Shown here piece after piece: positions 1-9,263 of a stretch of DNA of 64,000 nt. Each line of letters starts with the position of its first letter. Positions within the stretch are counted from its first letter, which is position 1. The translations under genes and the position numbers were made by a program. The stretch lies in assembly GCA_964532425.1 (NCBI GenBank), contig CAZHIA010000002.1, forward strand, positions 77,945 to 141,944, in the 5' to 3' direction. A model generated the notes under the pieces. It made no database searches and was not told where the DNA came from. It worked only from the letters and a program-made list of their open reading frames with translations. The DNA is from an uncultured Candidatus Saccharibacteria bacterium. GTDB taxonomy: Bacteria; Patescibacteriota; Doudnabacteria; UBA920.

Positions 1-188
1 TTGCTGTCCGCTACAACCGTTGAGTGTTGCCAATTTTCCAGCGTAGAGCTGGACACGGGGAAGCTTTTATCTCCATACGTGAGAGCAAACGGCGGGAGAG
101 GTGAAGGTTTGCGCGTTAAAACTTGGGCCCGTGCCGGCACGGCGGACATTCCGAACAGAAGCGCCAAAATAATAAAAAATTTTTTCAT
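1..188 (-). CDS. Secreted protein, 5' part only (runs off the window)
   Basis: ATG at 188 overlaps the tsaE stop (ATGA coupling). It reads MKKFFIILALLFGMSAVPARAQVLTRK..., a classic signal peptide with an ARA cleavage site. Not in the ORF track. Confidence 0.7.
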   Translation of the reverse strand, partial: MKKFFIILALLFGMSAVPARAQVLTRKPSPLPPFALTYGDKSFPVSSSTLENWQHSTVVADS

Positions 189-589
189 ACTGAGTGAGAG
201 AATATAATCTGTTGAGTCGATGGGGGGAGGTGCCGCTTGATCTTATCTGCCCATTCTATGACGGTGATGGTGTTCGGTATCTGCCAGATATCGGTCAGTC
301 CCAAGGCTTTTACTTCGCGGAAATTTTTCGTGCGATAAAGGTCGAGATGGTATAAGTGCACCATGTTGCCGGACTTGGTCTTACCGGTATAGTGGTTCAT
401 GATGACGAATGTAGGGCTGGTCACTGCCGTTTTTACCTTCAATTCTTTGGCGAGAGCTTTGGTAAACGTTGTTTTTCCTGATCCCAAGGGGCCAATGAGA
501 GCGAGTATTTCTCCACCCCGCAAGGTTTTTGCGATGCTCCGGGCCGCACGTTCGGCATCGGCCAGAGTGATGTGTATATTTTTACTCAT
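185..589 (-). CDS. tsaE: tRNA threonylcarbamoyladenosine biosynthesis ATPase TsaE
   Basis: Walker A GPLGSGKTT, plus the VTSPTF, HLDLYR and IEWA motifs. Confidence 0.95.
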   Translation of the reverse strand: MSKNIHITLADAERAARSIAKTLRGGEILALIGPLGSGKTTFTKALAKELKVKTAVTSPTFVIMNHYTGKTKSGNMVHLYHLDLYRTKNFREVKALGLTDIWQIPNTITVIEWADKIKRHLPPSTQQIIFSHSV

Positions 590-773
590 ATCTTTAAGTA
601 TTGTACTATACTATAATGATTAAGTGAACGCATGGCTGATTGTCCATAATTTCCGGCATATTTAACAGGATCGCCAGAGTATGTCTTGCAAAGTACGTGG
701 AAATTTATTATAGTATTCTTTCGGAACGCGAGAGAAAACCAAGCGAAAATCAATTTTTAACCAGTGATCAAGT

Positions 774-1946
774 ATGGAATCTACCGTCTACCAGCAAATC
801 TTCGACCAGATCAACAAAGCCACACGTATCCTTATTGCATTACCGGCTCACCCAAATACCGATGCCGTTGCAAGTGGTCTTGCAATGTCCCATTTTTTTC
901 ATAAATTAGACAAAGAAGTAGATGTTGCCGCAACAGGGGAGGTTCCCGGCAACCTGTCGTTCCTGCCGGGTACCGACACTATCCGTCAGACACTCAGCAC
1001 TGGAAAAAGCCTGGTGGTTATGGTGAATATCAAGACAAAACCTTTGGATGAGGTGAGTTACCAAACGACCGAAGGGAATGTCAGTATTTATTTGAAAGCC
1101 AAAGAAGGGCAGTATGGACCGGAGGATGTCAGTTTTGCATCTGATAAAGCGCCATACGATGTGGTGATTATTCTCGGATCAGCCGCACTTTCCGATCTTG
1201 GCAGTTTATTTGATGAGAATGCGGACCTGTTCTTTGAGACCCCTAAGATCTGCGTTGATAATCACGCGAGCAGTGAATATTTTGGAGCCATTAACTTGGT
1301 TGATATTAACGCGACATCTGTCGCGGAAATGCTGTCTGGTCTATTTACTGCCTACGAGGGGCAATTGGTTGACGAAGATATTGCTACCTGCCTACTTGCC
1401 GGCATTGTCACTCAGACTAACAGTTTTCAACGGGTGCAAACCACTCCACAGGCATTTTTGAAAGCTTCCGAACTGGTCTCGCTCGGGGCGCGCCAGCAGG
1501 AAGTGATTAAGTATCTGTATAAAACCAAATCATTGTCCTTGCTCCGGTTGTGGGGTCGAGCCTTGGCCCGCTTAAAAATGGTGGATGACCTCTCTCTGGT
1601 TTACTCGCTGCTGGCTTTGTCGGATTTCGGCAAGGCAGGGGCGGACAGCAAGGATGTGCCCCAAGTACTGAAGGAACTGCTTGATAACATTTCCAGTTAT
1701 AAAATTGTGGCACTGCTGTGTGAAGTCATGGGCGGTGGAGTAGAGATTAGCCTGGCTGCCCACCATTTGATTAATTTGGAAACGTTCGGTTCCGCGCTTG
1801 GCGCGTCTGCCAGTGTAAGCCCCCAGGTCAGCGGGCAGTTTGCCATGGTGGTGGTCAGCTTACCCAACACTACGTTAAACGACGCGGAAGCAAAATTTGT
1901 GGAAGCGGTGCAAACCATATTGTCACCAGAGCCTTCGGAAAAGTAA
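774..1946 (+). CDS. DHH-family phosphoesterase (NrnA-like), with an inserted segment
   Basis: N-terminal HPNTDAVASG, VDNH in place of DHH, ATSVAE and IATCLLAGIVTQTNSF. Confidence 0.8.
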   Translation: MESTVYQQIFDQINKATRILIALPAHPNTDAVASGLAMSHFFHKLDKEVDVAATGEVPGNLSFLPGTDTIRQTLSTGKSLVVMVNIKTKPLDEVSYQTTEGNVSIYLKAKEGQYGPEDVSFASDKAPYDVVIILGSAALSDLGSLFDENADLFFETPKICVDNHASSEYFGAINLVDINATSVAEMLSGLFTAYEGQLVDEDIATCLLAGIVTQTNSFQRVQTTPQAFLKASELVSLGARQQEVIKYLYKTKSLSLLRLWGRALARLKMVDDLSLVYSLLALSDFGKAGADSKDVPQVLKELLDNISSYKIVALLCEVMGGGVEISLAAHHLINLETFGSALGASASVSPQVSGQFAMVVVSLPNTTLNDAEAKFVEAVQTILSPEPSEK

Positions 1947-2006
1947 GATCCCGAACTCCGGAGGATGTACGGATATACAGACAGTTCAAATTAGTATTCC
2001 CATAGA

Positions 2007-2045
2007 AAGCCCGCCCGATCATTTGGATTGGGCGGATTTTTATTT
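2007..2045 (+). terminator. Intrinsic terminator
   Basis: ccgcccgatc-attt-ggattgggcgg followed by a T-rich tract. Confidence 0.6.
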
Positions 2046-2104
2046 CTGACAATGTCGGTCGGAAATGGTATAATATATGCATCGATAAATCTCCTGAAAC
2101 AAAA

Positions 2105-3760
2105 ATGTCCACTAATGGATTTTTAACCAGTACGCCGGATGAACTGCAGCATGCCATGCATGAGGTTAACCGGAAAATGGCCGAGCAGGAAGCCCAAGCC
2201 AGGGCCGGCTCTTTGGGTTTGCCGTACATCGATCTTCATAATTTCCCTATCGACCTGAATGTGCTCGGCATGCTCACAAAAGAAGAGGCTATTGCAGCCG
2301 AAGCCGTGCCGTTCTATCGAGAAAACACGGACATGCGCATTGGAGTTATGAATCCGGGTAACCAGCTGCTCAAAGAGAAGGTTGCGGTGTTTTCAAAGAA
2401 ATTCAAGGTCAAACTCTATTACATTTCCCGTTATAGTTTTGACCAGACCATGAAGTTTTACAGCAAGGTCATTAGTGTCAAAAGCAAGCATGATGAGATT
2501 GTGCGGGTGGACCAGGAGCTTGATTACATCAAATTGTTCCAGGATTTGAAGGATGAGGAGCTGCAAAAGAAGCAGAATGCCACTGAACTTCTGGGGATGA
2601 TATTTGGCGGGAGCATGTTTTACAAATCATCGGATATTCACTTGGAGCCGGAAGAGCACTTTTTTAAGCTGCGTTACCGCGTGGATGGCGTGCTGCAGGA
2701 TATCCTGCATTTGAGTACGGATTTGCACCGGCCACTAGTAGCCCGCATCAAAGTAATTTCTAAATTAAAATTGAACGTGGAGAATGTGCCGCAGGACGGC
2801 CGCTTCACCTTTTATTATCTTGGCAAGCCCATTGATGTCCGTGTGTCCACCCTTCCTTCCGCTTATGGAGAGGAAGTGGTTATGCGCTTGTTGGGCACCG
2901 GAGCGGTTGGGTTGAAGCTTGTCGATCTGGGATTCCGTCCAGAAACCCGTGACATTGTTGAACGTGCCATTACCAAACCGAACGGCATGATTGTGACCAC
3001 TGGTCCTACCGGCAGCGGTAAAACCACATCACTTTATGCGCTATTGAATGAATTGAACGAGCCGGGCGTGAAGATTATTACTTTGGAAGATCCGGTGGAA
3101 TACAAACTGGAAGGCATTGTACAGACACCGATCGACCACAGTGTAGATTTTGATTTTGCCAAAGGTTTGCGCGCGATCTTGCGCCAGGACCCGGATATTG
3201 TTATGGTTGGTGAAATTCGCGACCAGGAAACGGCCGAGACTGCCATGCAAGCTGCCCTGACCGGACATTTGGTACTGTCGACGCTACACACAAACGATGC
3301 AGCCGGTGCCATTCCACGCCTTATTAATATGGGGGTGAAGCCATTCGTGATCGGCCCTGCCTTGTCTGTGGTCATGGCACAACGCTTGGTTCGCCGTCTT
3401 TGCCAGAATTGCAAAACCGAAGCCAAACTCTCTCCAGCTATCATGGAAAAGATTGTTTACCTGATGAAGCAACTGCCCCCGCAGTTAAATATAAAACTAC
3501 CGGAACCTCTGATGTTTTACCATTCAACTGGCTGCGACGCTTGCCATAATCTGGGATACAAAGGCCGGATCGGGATTTATGAAGCCTTAGAAAACACCGA
3601 AGCAGTACAAAAGCTCATAATGGAAGAGGCTTCCATGAGTGAATTTCGTCGCGCTGGTATAGCCCAGGGTATGGTTACCATGGTGCAGGATGGATTACTA
3701 AAGGCACTAGACGGTATTACAGATGTGGAAGAGGTATTTCGGGTGGCGGGAGAAGGATAA
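2105..3760 (+). CDS. Type II/IV secretion/pilus assembly ATPase (GspE/PilB family)
   Basis: SDIHLEP, PQDGRF, Walker A GPTGSGKTT, EDPVEY, LRQDPDIVMVGEIRD, HLVLSTLHTND and CxxC zinc motifs. Confidence 0.95.
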   Translation: MSTNGFLTSTPDELQHAMHEVNRKMAEQEAQARAGSLGLPYIDLHNFPIDLNVLGMLTKEEAIAAEAVPFYRENTDMRIGVMNPGNQLLKEKVAVFSKKFKVKLYYISRYSFDQTMKFYSKVISVKSKHDEIVRVDQELDYIKLFQDLKDEELQKKQNATELLGMIFGGSMFYKSSDIHLEPEEHFFKLRYRVDGVLQDILHLSTDLHRPLVARIKVISKLKLNVENVPQDGRFTFYYLGKPIDVRVSTLPSAYGEEVVMRLLGTGAVGLKLVDLGFRPETRDIVERAITKPNGMIVTTGPTGSGKTTSLYALLNELNEPGVKIITLEDPVEYKLEGIVQTPIDHSVDFDFAKGLRAILRQDPDIVMVGEIRDQETAETAMQAALTGHLVLSTLHTNDAAGAIPRLINMGVKPFVIGPALSVVMAQRLVRRLCQNCKTEAKLSPAIMEKIVYLMKQLPPQLNIKLPEPLMFYHSTGCDACHNLGYKGRIGIYEALENTEAVQKLIMEEASMSEFRRAGIAQGMVTMVQDGLLKALDGITDVEEVFRVAGEG

Positions 3761-3790
3761 AAAGATAGAAAATAGAAAAATAAAAAGATG

Positions 3791-3820
3791 AGACCGCCAT
3801 CTGGGAAGATGGCGGTCTTT
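3791..3820. terminator. Bidirectional terminator
   Basis: agaccgccatc-tgggaa-gatggcggtct between convergent ORFs. Confidence 0.7.
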
Positions 3821-3822
3821 GA

Positions 3823-3990
3823 CTAATCTGCGATGCGGCGCTGGTAGAGTTCCTTCTCTTCGTCGTAGGTGAACACCCACTTAATGAAAGCAAAGATCCC
3901 AAACAGGGCTTCTTTGAAGGAAGGACGGGGGAGTGGTTGGATGCCATGCCGGTCAGTCTGTTCTGCTGTTTGCAACAGCGAAACGGTCAT
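3823..3990 (-). CDS. Small hypothetical protein (55 aa)
   Basis: SD AGGAGG before ATG. Reads MTVSLLQTAEQTDRHGIQPLPRPSFKEALFGIFAFIKWVFTYDEEKELYQRRIAD and ends at the terminator. Below the ORF-track cutoff. Confidence 0.6.
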   Translation of the reverse strand: MTVSLLQTAEQTDRHGIQPLPRPSFKEALFGIFAFIKWVFTYDEEKELYQRRIAD

Positions 3991-4173
3991 TTGGGCCTCC
4001 TATATGGGAGCAGTATGGCAAAAAATATAAGATTTTACAAATCATTTGCAGAAAATAAATATTTATGCTATAATAGATATATCAAAGTCCGACCGAGAAA
4101 TAAAAATCAAAATTAAATCGCAAATAACAACAATAAAGCCAAATTAGCTTTTTGTTGTGGTTTGCAATCGCAC

Positions 4174-4890
4174 ATGGCCCCGTACACGTATCACCGCCGT
4201 TGGGAAAAGGTGCTGCCAAGGCGTCGCTTCATCCAGAGATTGCAGGATGGCGCTTCTTTGGCCACCGAACTATTTGCCGCCGAGATCCATTCGGTAGTGG
4301 CTTTGGTGTTTGTATTCTTTGCGGCGAGTTCGGTAGCGTTGGGGGCAATGCTGGCTTCAAGCCAGGATATAGGCTTTGCAGATATTGTGCACGCGACTAG
4401 GATTCAGAGCACAGGGCAACCGCAGGTGGCAGGTGCGCAGATCTTTAATCCTCAAATTTTAGCTCAAACAGGTGATTTTGAAGCGGTGGTGTACCAAACC
4501 AGGGAATCAGGACAGGCCAATGGTTACCATTTAGAATGGAAACGGACGAAGGAGCAGCAGCTTTCCATAGCTGTCAATCACAATGTATTGTTGGACAAAG
4601 GCCCGTCCATCGGTTCAGTTGATTTTCAAGTGCCGGATGGTGCAGTTACTACGGTTGAGATTTTTTCCCGACCTGACCGGCGCGGTTCTGTATTAGCCTC
4701 TGTTGAGCTTGCTGCCAGCACTGGAACAGTTGAGTGTGGTTTGGAGCTCCCGCCTTTGGGGTGTGTATACCGGCTTGCCGGTCCGGAAGAGAATGCTGGA
4801 TTGTGCGGCATGGTCCTGGATTGTGTTGACCAAGGTAGTCAACCCGGATCCGAAGGACAGCCACTGGCTGTCGCTGGTCCGACTGAGTAA
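4174..4890 (+). CDS. Hypothetical membrane-anchored protein
   Basis: Long ORF with one hydrophobic segment (VVALVFVFFAASSVALGAML) and Cys near the C-terminus. The start is uncertain (ORF track uses 4162). Confidence 0.6.
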   Translation: MAPYTYHRRWEKVLPRRRFIQRLQDGASLATELFAAEIHSVVALVFVFFAASSVALGAMLASSQDIGFADIVHATRIQSTGQPQVAGAQIFNPQILAQTGDFEAVVYQTRESGQANGYHLEWKRTKEQQLSIAVNHNVLLDKGPSIGSVDFQVPDGAVTTVEIFSRPDRRGSVLASVELAASTGTVECGLELPPLGCVYRLAGPEENAGLCGMVLDCVDQGSQPGSEGQPLAVAGPTE

Positions 4891-4906
4891 AATACTTAAA
4901 ATACCA

Positions 4907-4934
4907 AGCGCCCCGACATCTATCGGGGCGCTTT
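4907..4934 (+). terminator. Intrinsic terminator
   Basis: aagcgccccga...tcggggcgcttt. Confidence 0.65.
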
Positions 4935-5012
4935 CAATTGGCCATGGGACCCGGTATAATACCTAAGAAGACTATCCGGAATATGCCCCCGAATTGTTAA
5001 TCATCAATTACC

Positions 5013-7787
5013 ATGGTTCCACCAAAGAAAAACAAGCGCCGATACATGCTGATCGACGGGAATGCCCTCATTCACCGCGGTTTTCATGCTATTCCAGCCC
5101 TATCCACCAAAACCGGCGAGGTGACGAATGCTGTCTATGGTTTTACTATGATTCTGCTTAATGCTATTAAAGACATTAAGCCGACGCATATTGCCTGTAG
5201 TTTTGACCTGGCTGGACCCACTTTCCGTCACGAACAGTATAAAGAGTACAAGGCTACGCGCGTGACTGTGGATGAGGGATTATACGCGCAGATTCCGCGG
5301 GTGCACGAGGTGGTGGAGACTTTAGGTATTCCCATTTTTACCAAACAAGGTTTTGAAGCTGACGATGTTTTGGGTACTTTGGCCAAAGAGATCTGCAAAC
5401 ACTGTGATGATGATTGTGAAGTGATTATCGTAACTGGTGACCTGGACACCCTGCAATTGGTCACTCCATGTGTCAAAGTCTATACCATGCGCAAAGGGAT
5501 CACTGACACGTTTATTTATGATGAAAAGGCTGTGCGCGAACGGTTTGGCTTAAGCCCTGACCAGATGGTTGACTATAAAGCTTTGCGCGGCGACCCTTCC
5601 GATAACATTCCGGGTGTGAAAGGTATTGGCGAGAAGACGGCCAGCGAACTGATCCAGGAATTCGGCAGTTTTCAAAAATTGTACGATGCCGTCGAAGCGG
5701 ACGAAACTAACGGTAAAATAAAACCTCGCATTTTGGAATTGCTCAAAACCCAGAAGGATCAGGCATTGCAGTCGTACCAGCTATCTCAGATCGTCACGAC
5801 CGTCCCGCTCGAGATTGTCATTAACCCGTATGTGCTTGATGGGGTGCACTTGCGTGCCACATTGAAGTTGTTTCAAGAATTGGAGTTCAAAAGTTTGGTG
5901 AGCAAGCTTCCTAAGGCCGAACCCATGCTGGATGGCGAGGAGCAGGAAGAGGAAAAAATCCAGGTTGCGGTTAAAAAAATTGACCAGCAGTATGAGCTTA
6001 TAGAAGATGTAGAAAAACTTGATAGTATTCTGGAAGAACTTTCCAGCTTGCCGGAAGTTGCCATAGATACCGAAACAGACAGCCTGGAAGTAGTAAGCGC
6101 AAATTTGATCGGGTTAACGCTCTGCGGTGTGGAAGGGCTGTCCTACTATATTCCTGCAGTGGTATTGAAACAGAGTAAAAAAGCGGCAGCGTTTTTGTCT
6201 GGAACTCAGGTTAAGAAGATTGGCCATAATTTGAAATTCGATGCCATTGTACTGGCGAATTTTGGCATGCCGTTACATCCGCAAGTTTTTGATACCATGA
6301 TCGCTTCATATTTACTAAACCCAGGCAATCGGCAGCATAATCTGGAAACCTTGGCCTTTAACGAGCTGGGTTACCAGATGCAGCCTATCGAAGAACTGAT
6401 CGGTAAAGGAAAAAAACAAATCAGCATGGCCGAGGTACCGGTGGACAAAGTATCCTGGTATGCCTGCGAGGACAGTGATATGACATTGCGGTTGAAACAT
6501 ATATTTGAGCCGCTCATCACCCGCGAGAAACTGGATAAGATCTTTTACGAAATTGAGATGCCGCTCGTGGAAGTCCTGGCTAATTTGGAATGCAACGGCA
6601 TTCTGTTGGACCAGAAAATGCTCAACAAGCTGTCCGGCACCGCGGAAGTGGAGATTAACGAGCTAGAGCAACAAATTTACAAGCTGACCGGTCAGGAATT
6701 CAACATAAATTCTCCAAAACAGCTCAAAGAAGTGTTGTTCGAAAAGATGGGACTCGTTCCAGTCGACAATAAAAAGACCAAGACCGGTATTTCCACCGCG
6801 GCGGGGGAATTGGAAAAAATGCTTGGCCAGCATCCGGTCATTGAAAAACTGCTGTCATACCGCGAACTGGCCAAATTACAATCTACCTATTTATTAGCTT
6901 TGCCCGAATTGGTGAATGAAAAGACCGGCAGGCTGCATACCAGCTTCAACCAGACCGTCGCAGCGACGGGTAGGTTGTCTTCTTCTGATCCGAATCTGCA
7001 AAACATCCCGGTGCGGGGAGAGGGTTTGGGGTCGGAGATCCGCAAGGCGTTCGTGGCAGCCAAAGGTTTTGAACTGTTATCACTCGATTATTCCCAGATT
7101 GAATTGCGCATTGTAGCGCATGTGGCCCAGGACCAGGCCATGATGGACGTATTTAAGAAAGGTGAGGACATTCACAGTCGGACAGCTTCGCAGATTTTTG
7201 GCGTGCCGGAAGACAAAGTAACGGCGGACATGCGCCGTGATGCCAAGACTATCAATTTCGGCATCCTGTACGGCATTTCCGGTTTTGGACTTTCCGAGCG
7301 CATCCGTGATATGAGCCGAGGCGAGGCACAGGATTACATTAAGAAATATTTCGCCGCGTACCCGCAGGTGGAAGCTTATATCGAACAGGTTAAGCTCCAG
7401 GTGCACGAAGAAGGGTTCGTTAGGAACCAGTTGGGGCGCATTCGCAAGTTCCCTGAGATTAAATCTTCACAGTTCTTCATTCGTGCTGCAGCCGAGCGTG
7501 CAGCTATTAATTTCCCTATCCAGTCTTTGGCTGCTGATGTTATCAAAGTGGCTATGAACAACATTTTTACTGAGATCAAAGACAAGCCTGAAGAGATAAA
7601 AATGCTTCTGCAGGTGCACGACGAATTGGTCTTCGAGGTCAAAGAAGGCAAGGTGGAGCAGTGGGCTAAAAAGCTCAAAGTCATGATGGAAGAAGCTATT
7701 TCCCTCTCTGTACCTATTAATGCCGAAGCTAAGGCGGGGAAGAATTGGGGAGAAATGAAGCCATTGAACAAAATTGATCAAAATTGA
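5013..7787 (+). CDS. polA: DNA polymerase I
   Basis: 5'-3' exonuclease (LIDGNALIHR, EADD, GDPSDNIPGV), 3'-5' exonuclease (AIDTET) and polymerase motifs (DYSQIELR, AKTINFGILYG, QVHDEL). Confidence 0.98.
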   Translation: MVPPKKNKRRYMLIDGNALIHRGFHAIPALSTKTGEVTNAVYGFTMILLNAIKDIKPTHIACSFDLAGPTFRHEQYKEYKATRVTVDEGLYAQIPRVHEVVETLGIPIFTKQGFEADDVLGTLAKEICKHCDDDCEVIIVTGDLDTLQLVTPCVKVYTMRKGITDTFIYDEKAVRERFGLSPDQMVDYKALRGDPSDNIPGVKGIGEKTASELIQEFGSFQKLYDAVEADETNGKIKPRILELLKTQKDQALQSYQLSQIVTTVPLEIVINPYVLDGVHLRATLKLFQELEFKSLVSKLPKAEPMLDGEEQEEEKIQVAVKKIDQQYELIEDVEKLDSILEELSSLPEVAIDTETDSLEVVSANLIGLTLCGVEGLSYYIPAVVLKQSKKAAAFLSGTQVKKIGHNLKFDAIVLANFGMPLHPQVFDTMIASYLLNPGNRQHNLETLAFNELGYQMQPIEELIGKGKKQISMAEVPVDKVSWYACEDSDMTLRLKHIFEPLITREKLDKIFYEIEMPLVEVLANLECNGILLDQKMLNKLSGTAEVEINELEQQIYKLTGQEFNINSPKQLKEVLFEKMGLVPVDNKKTKTGISTAAGELEKMLGQHPVIEKLLSYRELAKLQSTYLLALPELVNEKTGRLHTSFNQTVAATGRLSSSDPNLQNIPVRGEGLGSEIRKAFVAAKGFELLSLDYSQIELRIVAHVAQDQAMMDVFKKGEDIHSRTASQIFGVPEDKVTADMRRDAKTINFGILYGISGFGLSERIRDMSRGEAQDYIKKYFAAYPQVEAYIEQVKLQVHEEGFVRNQLGRIRKFPEIKSSQFFIRAAAERAAINFPIQSLAADVIKVAMNNIFTEIKDKPEEIKMLLQVHDELVFEVKEGKVEQWAKKLKVMMEEAISLSVPINAEAKAGKNWGEMKPLNKIDQN

Positions 7788-7954
7788 CATAATTGATCAA
7801 AATTGTAGTGCAGACCCCGTCACCTGGGACAGTGAACCAGGTAAAATTGTCTCGCATCACGCTAGACATTCTGTATTAGACCAGGTGACAAGGGTGTGGG
7901 TTACATGATTTATTTTTTTCTGAACATTTACGAACTAATTAGGCGTATTAGAAA

Positions 7955-9124
7955 ATGAATCCGGAATATAAACCTTCGGAAGAAGAAATCAAAAAGGCAG
8001 AAGAAATTTTGCAGGATAATCCTGAGTTGGATCGGCAAACAAATTTGCGAGAGCAATACCATAAACAGGAGCGGGCGCCATTTGATGATTTTCTCGATTT
8101 GGATGACACAAGTGAGCAGCGCCGCGAGCCGACATCGGAAGAGCACGAGCGACTTGATCGCAACCTTGCGCAATTATCTGAACTGTTTGCTGGTTCTGGT
8201 GTTCGCTGGAATCTGGATGGCGCGATAAATATTTCCCTGGTGCGCGGAGAGTACATTGGCATCCATAAGGATGTTGATATCTCTGTGGAAACTGAGGATA
8301 TCGCAAAACTCGATGAAGCTCTCGGCAGGAAAGGGTATGGGTTGTTCCTGTCGTATCCCAAAGACCCGGCGGCAGAACGCTCAATGAACACTATGGAGCG
8401 TGTGGGTGCCGGACGGTTCAGTCACGAACACTCAAACAACTTAATGATTGCAGCCATCGACGAACAAGGGAAAATCCAAGAAAGCGGCGGGCCGCAATTG
8501 AATTTTATCGACGTGCATCTCATTGAACGGGATGAAACAGGGAACGCCCGCGGTTTTGGCGGTGTAGAAATTCCTAATATCTGGGCAGAAAAGATTCGGA
8601 CGGAGTACCAGGGTCATGAATTGTATGTATCACACCCAGCCAAAGTTGCCTACTACAAGCTGCATGGCGTACGGGCGTACGACATGAATGATGTCAGATT
8701 GTTATGCGAAGCTGGTGTCTTGAGTTTAAATGATGCAAAAGATTTGCGGGCTATCATGGAGCGAGAATTTCAGACTCGTAATGCCGGGGTGGCAAAGCTT
8801 TGTGAACAGTTTTCGGGGGAAATGAAACCAGGGATGGACGCAGGCCAGATCGAGCATATTTTTTTGAATAACCCGGCGGTTGCAGCGCGGTTGGAGGCTG
8901 AGCCTAAACGTCGGGCTGACTTTGAACAGCGTTTTCACGAAGCTGCTGTCACGCTGGCGGCGGCAGGCGATTATACATTCGAAACCATCAAGGCTGCCGT
9001 ATTCAAGCATTTCAACATTGAAGGCTCGTTCGATGAAATGGATGGCAAACTACAAAAAATGGAACAGTGGGTGGGAGAGTTCGAGGCTGTTAAGCAAGCT
9101 AGGAAAGAAGTCCAAAATTCGTAA
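7955..9124 (+). CDS. Nucleotidyltransferase-fold protein (ANT(2'')/Lnu-like) with an acidic N-terminal extension
   Basis: WNLDGAINISLVRGEYIGIHKDVDI matches the hG[GA]x9-13DxD pattern; later FIDVH. Confidence 0.6.
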   Translation: MNPEYKPSEEEIKKAEEILQDNPELDRQTNLREQYHKQERAPFDDFLDLDDTSEQRREPTSEEHERLDRNLAQLSELFAGSGVRWNLDGAINISLVRGEYIGIHKDVDISVETEDIAKLDEALGRKGYGLFLSYPKDPAAERSMNTMERVGAGRFSHEHSNNLMIAAIDEQGKIQESGGPQLNFIDVHLIERDETGNARGFGGVEIPNIWAEKIRTEYQGHELYVSHPAKVAYYKLHGVRAYDMNDVRLLCEAGVLSLNDAKDLRAIMEREFQTRNAGVAKLCEQFSGEMKPGMDAGQIEHIFLNNPAVAARLEAEPKRRADFEQRFHEAAVTLAAAGDYTFETIKAAVFKHFNIEGSFDEMDGKLQKMEQWVGEFEAVKQARKEVQNS

Positions 9125-9127
9125 ACG

Positions 9128-9155
9128 CGCATAACGCGCGGCCGCGCGTTATGCG
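9128..9155. repeat. Perfect 28-bp loopless palindrome
   Basis: cgcataacgcgcgg|ccgcgcgttatgcg. Confidence 0.9.
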
Positions 9156-9263
9156 AGTTGTAAAATTGATAGACAAAAAATGCCTGGTTTCCCAGGCATT
9201 TTAAAATGCATAAAAACAGGAAAAGCGCTATAATTGAAGCAAATTCGTCTTCTATTATATTAT

